A program made the position numbers and the translations under genes. A stretch of DNA of 64,000 nt, from contig JANPJR010000030.1 of NCBI GenBank assembly GCA_031425615.1, positions 146,492 to 210,491 of the forward strand, in the 5' to 3' direction. Positions 18,337 to 28,311 of the stretch are shown in pieces. The number at the start of each line of letters is the position of its first letter. Position 1 is the stretch's first letter. Origin of the DNA: Cytophagales bacterium. GTDB lineage: Bacteria; Bacteroidota; Bacteroidia; Cytophagales; Microscillaceae. The notes beneath the pieces are model-generated. The model saw only the letters and a list, made by a program, of their open reading frames with translations, had not been told where the DNA came from and made no database searches.

Positions 18337-19098
18337 TCACTGAAATTTAACTACAAATTTTTTATTTATTAACATACTTTCAGGACAACCTCCACGCATT
18401 ATATATGTAGCACTATTAATTGCAATAGTAATTTTATCACATGGGCGTAGATTATATTTTTTCAAATCAATTTTACCATCTCCTACGGAAATGTCATATT
18501 TACCTTTCTTACAATCTAAAGAAATTTGAAAACTTAAAATTCCAATTCCACCACAAACCTGCCTAAAATTAGGGTCTGTGCTTACACTTCTAATAAAAAG
18601 ACTATCCACCACAGGTATTGGTTTTGTCAAATCAAGTATTTTATTTTTTGGATTATTTGCCACTAAATGTATACCTAAAATATTGTTGAAATCAATTTCA
18701 TATACATTGAATTTTTGTTCTTTGATAATGTTGTTTTTGTATTTTACGACCAATACCAATTCTTTAATGTTTTTTTTTGGAATTATTGCTATTGAATTTT
18801 TTTTATCAATTTTTAATAAACTTGCATTTTCTGAAACAACTTCAATATTTATATTTTTGTCAAAAGTTTCTATGCTATCTCCTTTTGCATTGATAAACCC
18901 ATAATATAATACATTTGTATTTCTTGTGTATAAAATAGATGTAAATCCACCATACCATTTATTTTTAAAATAAAATTGGTTGTTTTGTTCTTGTGATAAA
19001 ATATTATTTTTTGAGGAAAATAAAAAAATGCAGAGAATTGAGAGAAAATAATATTTCATAATAAAGTTTTTATGATAATGCAATATCAAAGTTTGCAA
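18337..19098 (-). CDS. Hypothetical secreted protein (signal peptide, N/K-rich)
   Basis: 253-aa ORF. The likely true start is the internal MKYYFLSILCIFLFSS signal peptide. No recognisable catalytic motif. Confidence 0.55.
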   Translation of the reverse strand: MQTLILHYHKNFIMKYYFLSILCIFLFSSKNNILSQEQNNQFYFKNKWYGGFTSILYTRNTNVLYYGFINAKGDSIETFDKNINIEVVSENASLLKIDKKNSIAIIPKKNIKELVLVVKYKNNIIKEQKFNVYEIDFNNILGIHLVANNPKNKILDLTKPIPVVDSLFIRSVSTDPNFRQVCGGIGILSFQISLDCKKGKYDISVGDGKIDLKKYNLRPCDKITIAINSATYIMRGGCPESMLINKKFVVKFQ

Positions 19099-19288
19099 AT
19101 TTGAGTAATTTTTATGTGTAATACGATGATTTTTGTGAAAAAGGTTTTAGGAATTGACAATAAAGTATAGATTTTGGCTTTTTTCACCTTTATATCAAAA
19201 AAAATAAACCTTTTATTCTGTGTAAAATTCTTGTATTTTTGCAAAAAAAATTAAAAACCAAACCAAAGAATAAAAATCTAAAATTTTT

Positions 19289-20404
19289 ATGGCAAAAGTT
19301 GCATTGATTACAGGCGTTACAGGACAAGATGGTGCATATCTTGCCCAATTTTTATTGGACAAAGGTTATATGGTGCATGGCATCAAACGTAGAAGTTCAT
19401 TGTTTAATACTGACCGCATTGACAATCTTTATCAAGACCCACACGAAACAAATATTAGATTCAAACTGCATTATGGCGATTTGACAGATTCTACCAATCT
19501 TATTCGTATCATACAAGAAGTTCAACCTGATGAAATCTATAATCTTGGGGCAATGTCGCATGTAAGGGTAAGTTTTGACACGCCTGAATACACTGCTAAT
19601 GCTGATGGGATAGGTACTTTGCGTATTTTGGAGGCAATTAGAATTTTAGGGTTGGAGAAAAAAACCAAATTTTACCAAGCCTCTACATCTGAATTATACG
19701 GTCTTGTGCAAGCAGTTCCACAAAGCGAAACTACGCCTTTTTATCCACGTTCGCCTTATGCAGTTGCCAAATTATATGCCTATTGGATTACGGTCAATTA
19801 CCGTGAAGCGTATGGTATGTTTGCATGCAATGGCATATTATTCAACCACGAAAGCCCATTGAGAGGTGAAACATTTGTAACCCGAAAAATCACCAGAGCA
19901 GTTTCGCGTATTGCATTGGGTATGCAAGAAAAACTTTTTTTGGGTAATCTTGATGCCAAAAGGGATTGGGGGCATGCCAAAGATTATGTGGTGGCACAAT
20001 GGCTTATGTTGCAACAAGAAAAACCAGAGGATTTTGTCATAGCAACAGGCGTAACTACAACCGTAAGGGATTTTGTGGTGCTTGCTTTCAAAGAAATAGG
20101 CATTACATTGCGTTTTGAGGGCGAAGGCATTACAGAAAAAGGTTTTGTGGATAAGTGTGACAATCCGAAATTCCAACTCCCTATAAATAAAGAAGTATTA
20201 GGCATTGATGAACGATATTTCCGCCCTACCGAAGTAGAATTACTATTAGGCGACCCTACAAAGGCAAATACTGTGTTGGGCTGGAAACCTGAACATAATT
20301 TACAATCTTTGGTAAAAGATATGATGCAAAGTGATTTAGGCTTGTTTGAAAGGGACAAATACCTTAGTGAAGGCGGACATCAAACATTTAATTATCACGA
20401 ATAA
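19289..20404 (+). CDS. gmd: GDP-mannose 4,6-dehydratase
   Basis: [27 protein letters not shown]...[10 protein letters not shown]...[18 protein letters not shown] are canonical Gmd motifs. Confidence 0.95.
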   Translation: MAKVALITGVTGQDGAYLAQFLLDKGYMVHGIKRRSSLFNTDRIDNLYQDPHETNIRFKLHYGDLTDSTNLIRIIQEVQPDEIYNLGAMSHVRVSFDTPEYTANADGIGTLRILEAIRILGLEKKTKFYQASTSELYGLVQAVPQSETTPFYPRSPYAVAKLYAYWITVNYREAYGMFACNGILFNHESPLRGETFVTRKITRAVSRIALGMQEKLFLGNLDAKRDWGHAKDYVVAQWLMLQQEKPEDFVIATGVTTTVRDFVVLAFKEIGITLRFEGEGITEKGFVDKCDNPKFQLPINKEVLGIDERYFRPTEVELLLGDPTKANTVLGWKPEHNLQSLVKDMMQSDLGLFERDKYLSEGGHQTFNYHE

Positions 20405-20425
20405 TAGCCCCTAAACCCAAAGGGG
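20405..20425 (+). repeat. REP-like element (TAGCCCCTAAACCCAAAGGGG). Probable gmd terminator.
   Basis: Immediately 3' of the gmd stop. Forms an inverted pair with 20563-20586. Confidence 0.6.
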
Positions 20426-20562
20426 AAAAAATACAAAAAAGTATTTGGATTAAAGTCTGTTTTTTGGGGAGATAAAGACAAAAAATTATAAAAAAAACAT
20501 TTTTATAATTTAAATAAATACAAAAATAATACATAATTTAAATAAAAATCCTAAAAAATAAT

Positions 20563-20586
20563 TCCCTCTTTGGGGTCAGGGGCTTA
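20563..20586 (-). repeat. REP-like element, inverted copy (TCCCTCTTTGGGGTCAGGGGCTT), abutting the fcl start codon
   Basis: Reverse complement matches the family consensus. Ends at the fcl ATG. Confidence 0.6.
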
Positions 20587-21512
20587 TGCAAAAAACATCA
20601 AAAATATACATCGCAGGGCATCGTGGCATGGTGGGTTCTGCTATTTTGAGGACATTACAAAAAGAAGGTTTTTCTAATTTTGTGTTGAAAGTATCTTCTG
20701 AATTGGATTTGAGAAATCAACAACAAGTAGCAGATTTTTTTGAACAAGAAAAACCTGAATATGTATTCCTCGCTGCTGCCAAAGTAGGCGGAATATTGGC
20801 TAATAATACATTCAGAGCAGATTTTTTGCATGAAAATCTGTGTATCCAAAACAATGTCATACACCAAAGCTATGTGCATAGTGTAAAAAAACTACTGTTC
20901 TTGGGTTCGTCTTGCATTTATCCAAAACTTGCACCACAACCCTTAAAAGAAGAATATTTGCTTTCAGGTTTTTTAGAAAGTACCAATGAACCTTATGCCA
21001 TTGCCAAAATAGCAGGTATTAAAATGTGTGAAGCATACCGCAGTCAATATGGTTGTGATTTTATTTCGGTTATGCCTACCAATTTGTATGGCGAAAATGA
21101 TAACTATGACCTCCAAAAAGCCCACGTATTGCCCGCACTTATCCGCAAATTTGTGGAAGCAAAACAAGAAAATAAGCCTTTTGTGGAGGTTTGGGGTACA
21201 GGTTCGCCTATGCGTGAATTTCTCAATGCAGAAGATTTGGGCAATGCTTGTTATTTTTTGATGCAAAATTATAGTGAAAACGAATTTATAAATGTAGGTT
21301 ATGGCGAAGATATTACCATCAAAGATTTGGCTCTTTTGGTCAAAGAATTGGTTGGTTATCAAGGTGAACTACATTGGGATACCTCAAAACCTGATGGCAC
21401 ACCACGCAAACTAATGGATAATACAAAACTCCAAAATATGGGTTGGAAACCAAAAATTACGCTTAGAGAAGGGATAAAAGATATTTTGAAAAATAAATTT
21501 GGAATTTCTTAA
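20586..21512 (+). CDS. fcl: GDP-L-fucose synthase (GDP-4-keto-6-deoxymannose 3,5-epimerase/4-reductase)
   Basis: KIYIAGHRGMVGSAI...LFLGSSCIYPK...YAIAKIAGIKMCE are canonical Fcl/WcaG motifs. Pairs with gmd. Confidence 0.95.
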   Translation: MQKTSKIYIAGHRGMVGSAILRTLQKEGFSNFVLKVSSELDLRNQQQVADFFEQEKPEYVFLAAAKVGGILANNTFRADFLHENLCIQNNVIHQSYVHSVKKLLFLGSSCIYPKLAPQPLKEEYLLSGFLESTNEPYAIAKIAGIKMCEAYRSQYGCDFISVMPTNLYGENDNYDLQKAHVLPALIRKFVEAKQENKPFVEVWGTGSPMREFLNAEDLGNACYFLMQNYSENEFINVGYGEDITIKDLALLVKELVGYQGELHWDTSKPDGTPRKLMDNTKLQNMGWKPKITLREGIKDILKNKFGIS

Positions 21513-22222
21513 AAATCTTTACTGCCAAAAATAATCTCCACAGGATTAGGACAAAGATTTAAGTAAAAATCTTTGTCTTTTTCATAACATACACCCACAA
21601 AATCGCCTTTTTGCCCCTGCATATCTTTGATGACTTGTATGTGAAGATGTGTTGCCCAACCACCATTTTCGGAAGGCTCGCCCAATGTTGCAATTTGGCT
21701 TCCTTTTTCAAAAACCTTATTTTCTGTCAGATTTTCCAAACTCTCCTTGGACAAATGCCCATACAATACATAAAAAACGGTAGGATTTGAGGCAATTTCC
21801 TGCAATTCATATTGCACAATAATTGTTCCGCCATAATTCCCAAAACCTTCATTGTAGGCAAAACTATGCACTTTTCCAGCCAAAAAATTATAAATTGGCG
21901 TGCCAGCTTCCAGCCAAATATCTATGCCCAAATGGATATTACGGGCTTGGGTTTCTGCCCTAAAAATAGGACTTTGGGCATACCAAGCTCTTTTTTCACC
22001 ATAGCCACCCATGCCTACTTTCCCTTGACATGCTTCTTTTATATAATTTTCGCAAGTGACTAAATCTCGTAAATCAAGTGCCAATACCGCAGGATTTTGG
22101 GCAGAAAGGTCTATCATACAAAAACCTTTTTGGTAAATATCAGCAGAAAATAAAGGCGAAAATGTGTGTTTATGTGCGGAAAACATAGTTTTTTGAAAAT
22201 TTATATGAAAAATAATATTCAA
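21509..22222 (-). CDS. M23-family metallopeptidase-like protein
   Basis: HxGxD (NIHLGIDIW) and HxH (ATHLHIQV) motifs characteristic of LytM/M23. Confidence 0.65.
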   Translation of the reverse strand: MNIIFHINFQKTMFSAHKHTFSPLFSADIYQKGFCMIDLSAQNPAVLALDLRDLVTCENYIKEACQGKVGMGGYGEKRAWYAQSPIFRAETQARNIHLGIDIWLEAGTPIYNFLAGKVHSFAYNEGFGNYGGTIIVQYELQEIASNPTVFYVLYGHLSKESLENLTENKVFEKGSQIATLGEPSENGGWATHLHIQVIKDMQGQKGDFVGVCYEKDKDFYLNLCPNPVEIIFGSKDF

Positions 22223-22372
22223 AAATACGTGAATTTTTGAGATTTTTTTTCAAATATTTATCCTTCTGAAAAAATCATTATAAAATCTCCAAAACCTCAA
22301 AAATTTGTATAACGACTTTTTTTACTTAAATTCGCAAAATATTTATCAAAAAAATTATCAAAAATAAAAAAA

Positions 22373-23113
22373 ATGGTTATTTCTGTTGTAAATCACAAAG
22401 GCGGTGTGGGCAAAACAACCACTACACTCAATTTGGGCAAGGCATTGAGTTTAGAAGGAAAAAAAGTATTACTCATTGACCTTGACCCACAAGCAAATCT
22501 TTCGCAAGCGTCTGGCATTGAAAATCCACAAATAAGCATCTACAAAGCACTTTGCGATAATATAGAACTTCCTACTGTTAATTTGGGCGAAAACCTGGAT
22601 ATGGTACCTGCAGAAGTGGATTTGACAGAGGCAGAAGTACGCCTACAAGCTGATGTAAATGGGTATTTTCGTCTGAGAAGTTTGCTCAAAAATGTATTGC
22701 CTAAGTATGATTTTGTAATAATTGATTGTCCGCCAAGTTTGGGAATTTTAACCTTAAATGCCCTTATTGCTTCCCAAAAAGCCATTGTAATTGTGCAAGC
22801 AGAATATTTGGCGGTAAAAGGATTACAAACAATTTTTGATTTAATCACAAAACTTAGAGAGAATCTTAACCCAACAATTGAAATTTTGGGTATGCTCATC
22901 ACGCAACTTAATCACACCATTTTTCGCAAAGAAATTGCAGAAACCGTGCGAAATATCTACGAAGAAAAGGTTTTTGAAACCAATATCCGCCAAAATATTA
23001 CCTTAGCAGAAGCAACTTCCGCAGGAAAAGATGTTTTTTCTTTTGATAAACATTGTACTGGTGCTAAGGATTATAAAGCATTGGCTTTGGAGATTTTGGG
23101 GGCGTTGAAATAA
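22373..23113 (+). CDS. ParA/Soj-family ATPase (no adjacent parB)
   Basis: The deviant Walker A KGGVGKTT is diagnostic of ParA/MinD. Confidence 0.9.
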   Translation: MVISVVNHKGGVGKTTTTLNLGKALSLEGKKVLLIDLDPQANLSQASGIENPQISIYKALCDNIELPTVNLGENLDMVPAEVDLTEAEVRLQADVNGYFRLRSLLKNVLPKYDFVIIDCPPSLGILTLNALIASQKAIVIVQAEYLAVKGLQTIFDLITKLRENLNPTIEILGMLITQLNHTIFRKEIAETVRNIYEEKVFETNIRQNITLAEATSAGKDVFSFDKHCTGAKDYKALALEILGALK

Positions 23114-23114
23114 T

Positions 23115-23146
23115 TTAAGTTTTCAGTTATTAGTTTTCAGTTTTTT
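23115..23146 (-). repeat. AACTGAAAACT motif array, inverted orientation (agttttcagttattagttttcagtttttt)
   Basis: Immediately 3' of the parA stop. Confidence 0.55.
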
Positions 23147-23208
23147 GATACGTAGATAACACAGATTTTACGGATTAAAACACATTTTTAGACTTAAAAT
23201 TCTCATTT

Positions 23209-23242
23209 TAAACAATCCATAATTTACAATCCATAATATTTT
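23209..23242 (-). repeat. ATTATGGATT motif array, inverted (aaacaatccataatttacaatccataatatttt)
   Basis: Intergenic between parA and glnN. Confidence 0.55.
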
Positions 23243-23329
23243 TTCACTATTTTTTTGTTTTTTTTAATAATTTCTCTAATTTTGCCTTAAAATTTTAACT
23301 CGTTTTTCAAAAAAACATAAAAAAATCCT

Positions 23330-25522
23330 ATGGCAATCCTTAGATTTAAGGCAGTAGAGCAAGCACAAAATCGTGAGGCAGTAATCCCAGTATTACCTGC
23401 AAGCAAAATTTCCGATTATTTTGGTATGAATGTTTTTGGCGAAAAATCCATGCGTGAATACCTAAGTGCAGATACATTCAAAAAATTTTCTGCGATGCTT
23501 GAACAAGGCGGAAAAATAGAAAATGAACTCGCTGACGCAGTTGCAAACGCTATGCGTACTTGGGCTATGAACAAAGGTGTGACCCATTATACACATTGGT
23601 TCCAACCGCTTACAGGCTCAACTGCTGAAAAACATGATGCTTTTTATGACATTGATAGCAAAGGCAATGCACTTGAAAAATTTAAAGGAAGTGCATTAGC
23701 ACAACAAGAACCAGATGCGTCTTCTTTCCCCAATGGTGGTATTCGTGCTACTTTTGAGGCAAGGGGTTATACTGCTTGGGACATTACTTCGCCTGCATTT
23801 ATCATGGAAACACAAGCAGGCAAAACACTTTGTATTCCTACAATTTTTGTGTCTTACACAGGCGAAGCCTTAGACTACAAAACGCCACTTTTGAAAGCAA
23901 TTTCTGCAGTAGATAAAGCCTCTGTGGCAGTATGTGAATTGTTTGATAAAGATGTAAAAAAGGTAATTGCAACATTGGGACCTGAACAAGAATATTTTTT
24001 GGTGGATAAAGCCCTTTATTATGCAAGACCAGATTTACTTATGGCAGGCAAAACCGTTTTTGGACACGCTCCCGCAAAAGGACAACAATTAGAAGACCAT
24101 TATTTTGGCTCAATTCCTACAAGGGTAAAAGCATATATGGTGGATTTTGAAATTGAAGCCCAAAAATTAGGTATTCCTATTCGCACACGACACAATGAAG
24201 TTGCACCTGCACAATTTGAATGTGCCCCTACTTTTGAAGAATTAAATTTGGCAGTTGACCATAATATCCTGCTCATGGACGTAATGGAAAAAGTAGCTGA
24301 AAAACATAATTTTAAAATTCTTTTTCATGAAAAACCTTTCGCTGGCATCAATGGAAGTGGAAAACACAATAACTGGGCATTAAGCACTGATACAGGCAAA
24401 AACCTCCTCGCCCCAACTTCAAAACCCAAAGAAAATTTGCAATTTTTGACATTTTTTGTCAATACAATTAAAGCAGTTCATGCGTATTCTGATTTGCTTA
24501 GGGCAAGTATTGCATCTGCGGGCAACGACTATCGTCTTGGGGCAAATGAAGCACCACCAGCCATTATTTCGGTATTTGTAGGAGCAGAATTAAAAAGAGT
24601 TTTGGAAGAATTGGAGCAAAATGCAACGATTGCCTTAGAAAAAGGTGATAATTTGTATATGAAAATGGGCATCAATAAAGTGCCTGCGATTATTTTGGAC
24701 ACCACAGACCGCAACCGTACTTCGCCTTTTGCTTTCACAGGCAATAAATTTGAGTTTAGGGCAGTGGGAAGTTCTGCAAATTGTGCTGCACCTATGATTG
24801 TGTTGAATGCAATTGTCGCAAAACAATTAATTCAATTCCGCAAAGATGTGGACAAAGAAGCAGAAAGCCTTGAAAAAAGGGAATATGCTATCGTAAATGT
24901 GTTGAGAAGATATATTTCCGAAAGCAAAAGTATTCTTTTTGAAGGCGACAATTATTCTGACGAATGGGTGGTAGAAGCAGAGAAACGTGGGCTTCCAAAT
25001 GTAAAATCTTCGCCAAGAGCATTGCAAGCATATATTTCGGATAAATCTTTGCACCTTTTTGAAGAATTAGGCATCATGTCGCACAGAGAAGTAGAAGCAA
25101 GATATGAAATCAACCTTGAAAACTACATCAAAAAAGTACAAATTGAGGCACGTGTAATGAATGATTTGGCACTCAACCATGTAATCCCTTCTGCGATAAT
25201 GTACCAAAATAAACTTATCCAAAACGTAAGAGGGCTTAAAGAAATTGGTCTTGGCGAAAATACAAGCGTGAAAACGTTGATTGATGCTATCAGCAATATT
25301 TCAGAACACATCAGCATTATCCAAAGTCAAACCGAAGAAATGATAGAAGCGCGCAAAAATGCAAATGTGATTGAAAATGCCTTTGATAAAGCGATTGCTT
25401 ATGAGGAAAATGTCAAAAAATATTTTGATGTTATTCGTCACAGCGTTGATAAATTGGAACTTATCGTTGATGACGAAGATTGGACTTTGCCAAAATATCG
25501 TGAGTTATTAATGGTAAGATAA
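23330..25522 (+). CDS. glnN: Glutamine synthetase, type III
   Basis: 730 aa with the Bacteroidota GSIII signature (N-terminal MAILRFKAV..., ...FHEKPFAGINGSGKHNNWAL...). Confidence 0.95.
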   Translation: MAILRFKAVEQAQNREAVIPVLPASKISDYFGMNVFGEKSMREYLSADTFKKFSAMLEQGGKIENELADAVANAMRTWAMNKGVTHYTHWFQPLTGSTAEKHDAFYDIDSKGNALEKFKGSALAQQEPDASSFPNGGIRATFEARGYTAWDITSPAFIMETQAGKTLCIPTIFVSYTGEALDYKTPLLKAISAVDKASVAVCELFDKDVKKVIATLGPEQEYFLVDKALYYARPDLLMAGKTVFGHAPAKGQQLEDHYFGSIPTRVKAYMVDFEIEAQKLGIPIRTRHNEVAPAQFECAPTFEELNLAVDHNILLMDVMEKVAEKHNFKILFHEKPFAGINGSGKHNNWALSTDTGKNLLAPTSKPKENLQFLTFFVNTIKAVHAYSDLLRASIASAGNDYRLGANEAPPAIISVFVGAELKRVLEELEQNATIALEKGDNLYMKMGINKVPAIILDTTDRNRTSPFAFTGNKFEFRAVGSSANCAAPMIVLNAIVAKQLIQFRKDVDKEAESLEKREYAIVNVLRRYISESKSILFEGDNYSDEWVVEAEKRGLPNVKSSPRALQAYISDKSLHLFEELGIMSHREVEARYEINLENYIKKVQIEARVMNDLALNHVIPSAIMYQNKLIQNVRGLKEIGLGENTSVKTLIDAISNISEHISIIQSQTEEMIEARKNANVIENAFDKAIAYEENVKKYFDVIRHSVDKLELIVDDEDWTLPKYRELLMVR

Positions 25523-25525
25523 TAC

Positions 25526-25558
25526 AAGTTTTCAGTTTGTTCAGTTTTCAGTTTTTTT
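25526..25558 (-). repeat. AACTGAAAACT motif array, inverted (caagttttcagtttgttcagttttcagttttttt)
   Basis: Immediately 3' of the glnN stop, followed by a terminator hairpin. Confidence 0.55.
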
Positions 25559-25562
25559 AGTA

Positions 25563-25600
25563 AAAGCGTAAAAAAGTTTATTTTTTTACGCTTTTAATTT
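25563..25600 (+). terminator. Rho-independent terminator (agcgtaaaaaa...ttttttacgct plus T-run)
   Basis: Seen directly, downstream of glnN. Confidence 0.7.
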
Positions 25601-25625
25601 TTTTAAAGAAATAACTAAAAAATTC

Positions 25626-25898
25626 CTTACTATTATACATCTTTTTAGAATTAAAAAAAAGTGCTTTGGAACGATTTAAACACAATATTTTTAATGCCAT
25701 TTTTCAAAAATTGGATCTGTACTGTATTTTACGGAAGTCTGACCATGATTTTTTGAAAAATTACAAACTGAAAAAAGCGTTAAACACCATATTTGTTTTA
25801 GTTTTTCAAAAAAAACGTATTATTTTTTAGTAAAAACTATTTAAAAAAGCCTTTTCCTGCGTTTTGAATATGTTTTTTTAAATTTGTATAGTAGTGAG
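25626..25898. mobile_element. MITE-like element, copy B (~273 bp). TIRs CTTACTATTATACA / TGTATAGTAGTGAG. 9-bp TSD AAAAAATTC.
   Basis: About 90% identity to copy A over the full length. The direct repeat aaaaaattc flanks both ends (25617-25625 and 25899-25907). Confidence 0.75.
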
Positions 25899-25931
25899 AA
25901 AAAATTCCTAATTTTTTCATTTCTAATTCTT

Positions 25932-26510
25932 TTAGATTTCTTCTGCTACCACCGTTTGCACTTCTGGAATCATGCGTTTTAGGAGGTTTTCAATGCCCAT
26001 TTTAAGGGTTTGACTTGCAGAAGGACAACCACTACATGAGCCTTGCAAACGTACTGTAACAGTGCCATTATCAAAGGCATGAAAATTGATAGCACCGCCA
26101 TCTTGTTCTACCGCAGGGCGTACATATTCGTCCAAAATTTTGCGAATACGCAAGTTTATTTCAGGTTCTGAATCGCTTATTTGGCTTTCGTGGAGTAATG
26201 CAGATGCAAAAAGTGGTTTATTTGCTTCCAAATATTCTTTGAGAAATGATTTGAGTTCAGGCGCAACTTCATACCAATCCGCATCTTCAGATTTGGTAAG
26301 TGTAATAAAATTATTCATTACAAAAACCCTTTTGATAAAAGGGAAATCAAAAAAAGCATTTGCTAAAGGTGATTCTAAGGCACTTTCTTTGTTTGGAAAG
26401 TCAAACGTAACACCTTCAGGCACAAGAATATAATTTGCCACAAATTTCAAAGATTGTGGATTTGGGCTTGCTTCTGTGTAGAGTGTTACGAATTTTGGTT
26501 TGTTATTCAT
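25932..26510 (-). CDS. NifU/Nfu-family Fe-S cluster scaffold protein (Nfu N-domain plus NifU C-domain, CxxC)
   Basis: GGAINFHAFDNGTVTVRLQGSCSGCPSASQTLKMGIENLL is the NifU_C CxxC motif. Confidence 0.88.
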   Translation of the reverse strand: MNNKPKFVTLYTEASPNPQSLKFVANYILVPEGVTFDFPNKESALESPLANAFFDFPFIKRVFVMNNFITLTKSEDADWYEVAPELKSFLKEYLEANKPLFASALLHESQISDSEPEINLRIRKILDEYVRPAVEQDGGAINFHAFDNGTVTVRLQGSCSGCPSASQTLKMGIENLLKRMIPEVQTVVAEEI

Positions 26511-26610
26511 GGGTTTTTTCTGATTTTTTATTTTAAATTTTAAAAAAAACCTTTTTTTTATATAATTTGTTCCAATGTAGGCTCTTTTTAGGTTTTTAAA
26601 ATAAAACTAA

Positions 26611-26650
26611 TTGTCAAACTAAAGACTGACAACTAAATAAACAGACAATT
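26611..26650 (+). repeat. GACTGACAACT motif flanked by ttgtca / gacaatt
   Basis: ttgtcaaactaaagactgacaactaaataaacagacaatt, abutting the stop of the gene at 26656. Confidence 0.5.
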
Positions 26651-26655
26651 TTTAA

Positions 26656-27540
26656 TTATTCCCCAATCAAAATCTTTTCTATTTTTTGTAAAGATTTATG
26701 TACTTCTTCCAAAGGTGTAAAGGTGTGATTTTCCAAAGAATATAAAGCAAATTTTTTCTTTTTGTGTGTTTTTTCAGTATTGCTTCTATCAAAATACACA
26801 AAAAACAATGAATTTTTATCTTCCAAAAGCCCATAATTTATTACTGTAATATTTTTGGTAACCGCTTTTAGATTTTTGCCCGAAACATCAGAAATATAGT
26901 AATCTGCATTGTCTTTTGCGGTCAATTTTCCGTCTTTATTAGTGTCTTCAAATACAATATTATACAGAAAAAATGAAAATTTTTTGAGATTTTCCTGCAA
27001 TTTTATGTATTTTTTGATTTGTGTAGAATCTGCGTTATATGACATTTCTATATTAAACCAACTTGCAGGACTTTTATAATCTAATATAAGGGCTTTGCGG
27101 TCAAGTAAAGGGGTAGCTTGTTGGTAATCTTTATCCAAAAATAGCAAATTAAAAAAGTTTTTTCTTTCATAGCTTTCGCCATAACCTTTACCCATACTTC
27201 TAATATTTCCTTTCTCATAACCACCTATTTCTTGGTAATCGTCTTCATTTTCAGTAGTGATTTCTCTTGGTTTATCCAATGTTTTGGGATAAACTTCAAT
27301 AATAAAATTATCAAAATAGTGCATTTTGATAGGGTTGCTATATAAAATGCTTTGCAATGCTTTTTGTTTTTCTTTTTCGGTTTCAGGATTTTTTTCTTTT
27401 ACGACATTATTTAAGATAATCTCATTTGTTTGTGTTGATGGTCTTTGAATATACCCTTTAATCAAATAACTACCTCCATACAATACTACACAACTTACAA
27501 TGAGTATAATGCTAAGATATAATACAGATTTTAACTTCAT
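26656..27540 (-). CDS. Hypothetical membrane-anchored protein
   Basis: N-terminal TM/signal anchor, 294 aa, K/E/N-rich. No recognisable motif. Confidence 0.55.
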   Translation of the reverse strand: MKLKSVLYLSIILIVSCVVLYGGSYLIKGYIQRPSTQTNEIILNNVVKEKNPETEKEKQKALQSILYSNPIKMHYFDNFIIEVYPKTLDKPREITTENEDDYQEIGGYEKGNIRSMGKGYGESYERKNFFNLLFLDKDYQQATPLLDRKALILDYKSPASWFNIEMSYNADSTQIKKYIKLQENLKKFSFFLYNIVFEDTNKDGKLTAKDNADYYISDVSGKNLKAVTKNITVINYGLLEDKNSLFFVYFDRSNTEKTHKKKKFALYSLENHTFTPLEEVHKSLQKIEKILIGE

Positions 27541-27605
27541 GTTTTTTAGTTTTTTTTTGAAAAGGGAAGAAAAAAATCACGTGGTTTTTTAGGATTTTTT
27601 GAAGC

Positions 27606-28160
27606 TTATTTGCTTTTTATCATTTCAGGCGTAATTTTTTCAAAAGTAAAAATTTCTTTACCTTTTTTCTGTGTTTGCCATTTTTTTGCACTTTCCTCTG
27701 AATCAGTTACTAAAAAATCATTCACATTCATTGGATTTTTTTCGTTTGTGCCTTTCACAAAAAAGGCTTTTTTTGCTTCTACGGTTTTATTTTCCCCAAA
27801 TACACTAAAAGTTACATATTCGCCAGTGCTGTACTCTTTTTCAGACAAAGAGGCAGAAAAATAACATTTTGGAGAACAAAAAAATGTTGTTTCTTTTTGT
27901 GGTGGTGCATATTTTACACGCCAATTTGTTTGGTCGGAAGGCATACCACAGCTCTTGCAATCTTTTACAAGCGTTTCTACATTGGTTTTTTCTGTTTTGT
28001 CGTGGCTGTGTCCATCATGATTATGTCCATCATGGTTGTGTGCGCTGTGGTCATGCCCTTTGTGGTCGTAGTCATCATGATTTTTGGTTTCTGATTGACA
28101 ACTTATTGCCAAAACACTTATCCAAATAAATGTTGCGGAGATTAAAAGAAAATTTTTCAT
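27606..28160 (-). CDS. Histidine-rich metal-binding lipoprotein with a TRASH/YHS-like C-x2-C...C-x3-C domain
   Basis: Lipobox (LAISC). His/Asp-rich tract HDDYDHKGHDHSAHNHDGHNHDGHSHD. CKSCGM-x23-CSPKC matches the TRASH/YHS metal-binding spacing. Start placed at MKNFLL (the ORF track begins at 28193). Confidence 0.65.
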   Translation of the reverse strand: MKNFLLISATFIWISVLAISCQSETKNHDDYDHKGHDHSAHNHDGHNHDGHSHDKTEKTNVETLVKDCKSCGMPSDQTNWRVKYAPPQKETTFFCSPKCYFSASLSEKEYSTGEYVTFSVFGENKTVEAKKAFFVKGTNEKNPMNVNDFLVTDSEESAKKWQTQKKGKEIFTFEKITPEMIKSK

Positions 28161-28176
28161 GAATTTTTTTTGATTA

Positions 28177-28200
28177 AAGCCCCCTAAACCCAAAGGGGGG
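28177..28200 (+). repeat. REP-like element (AAGCCCCCTAAACCCAAAGGGGGG)
   Basis: About 17 bp upstream of the lipoprotein start. Paired with the inverted copy at 28287-28310. Confidence 0.6.
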
Positions 28201-28286
28201 ATTTTAGTTAGAGATTTAAAATTTGGATTTAATTTTTGTGAATACTAAAATAAGTATTAAAATTCCTTTGGAATTAGGAGTATTAA

Positions 28287-28310
28287 TTCCCCTTTGGGGT
28301 CAGTGGGCTT
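28287..28310 (-). repeat. REP-like element, inverted copy (TTCCCCTTTGGGGTCAGTGGGCTT)
   Basis: Immediately 3' of the CBS-domain gene stop. Confidence 0.6.
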
Positions 28311-28311
28311 T

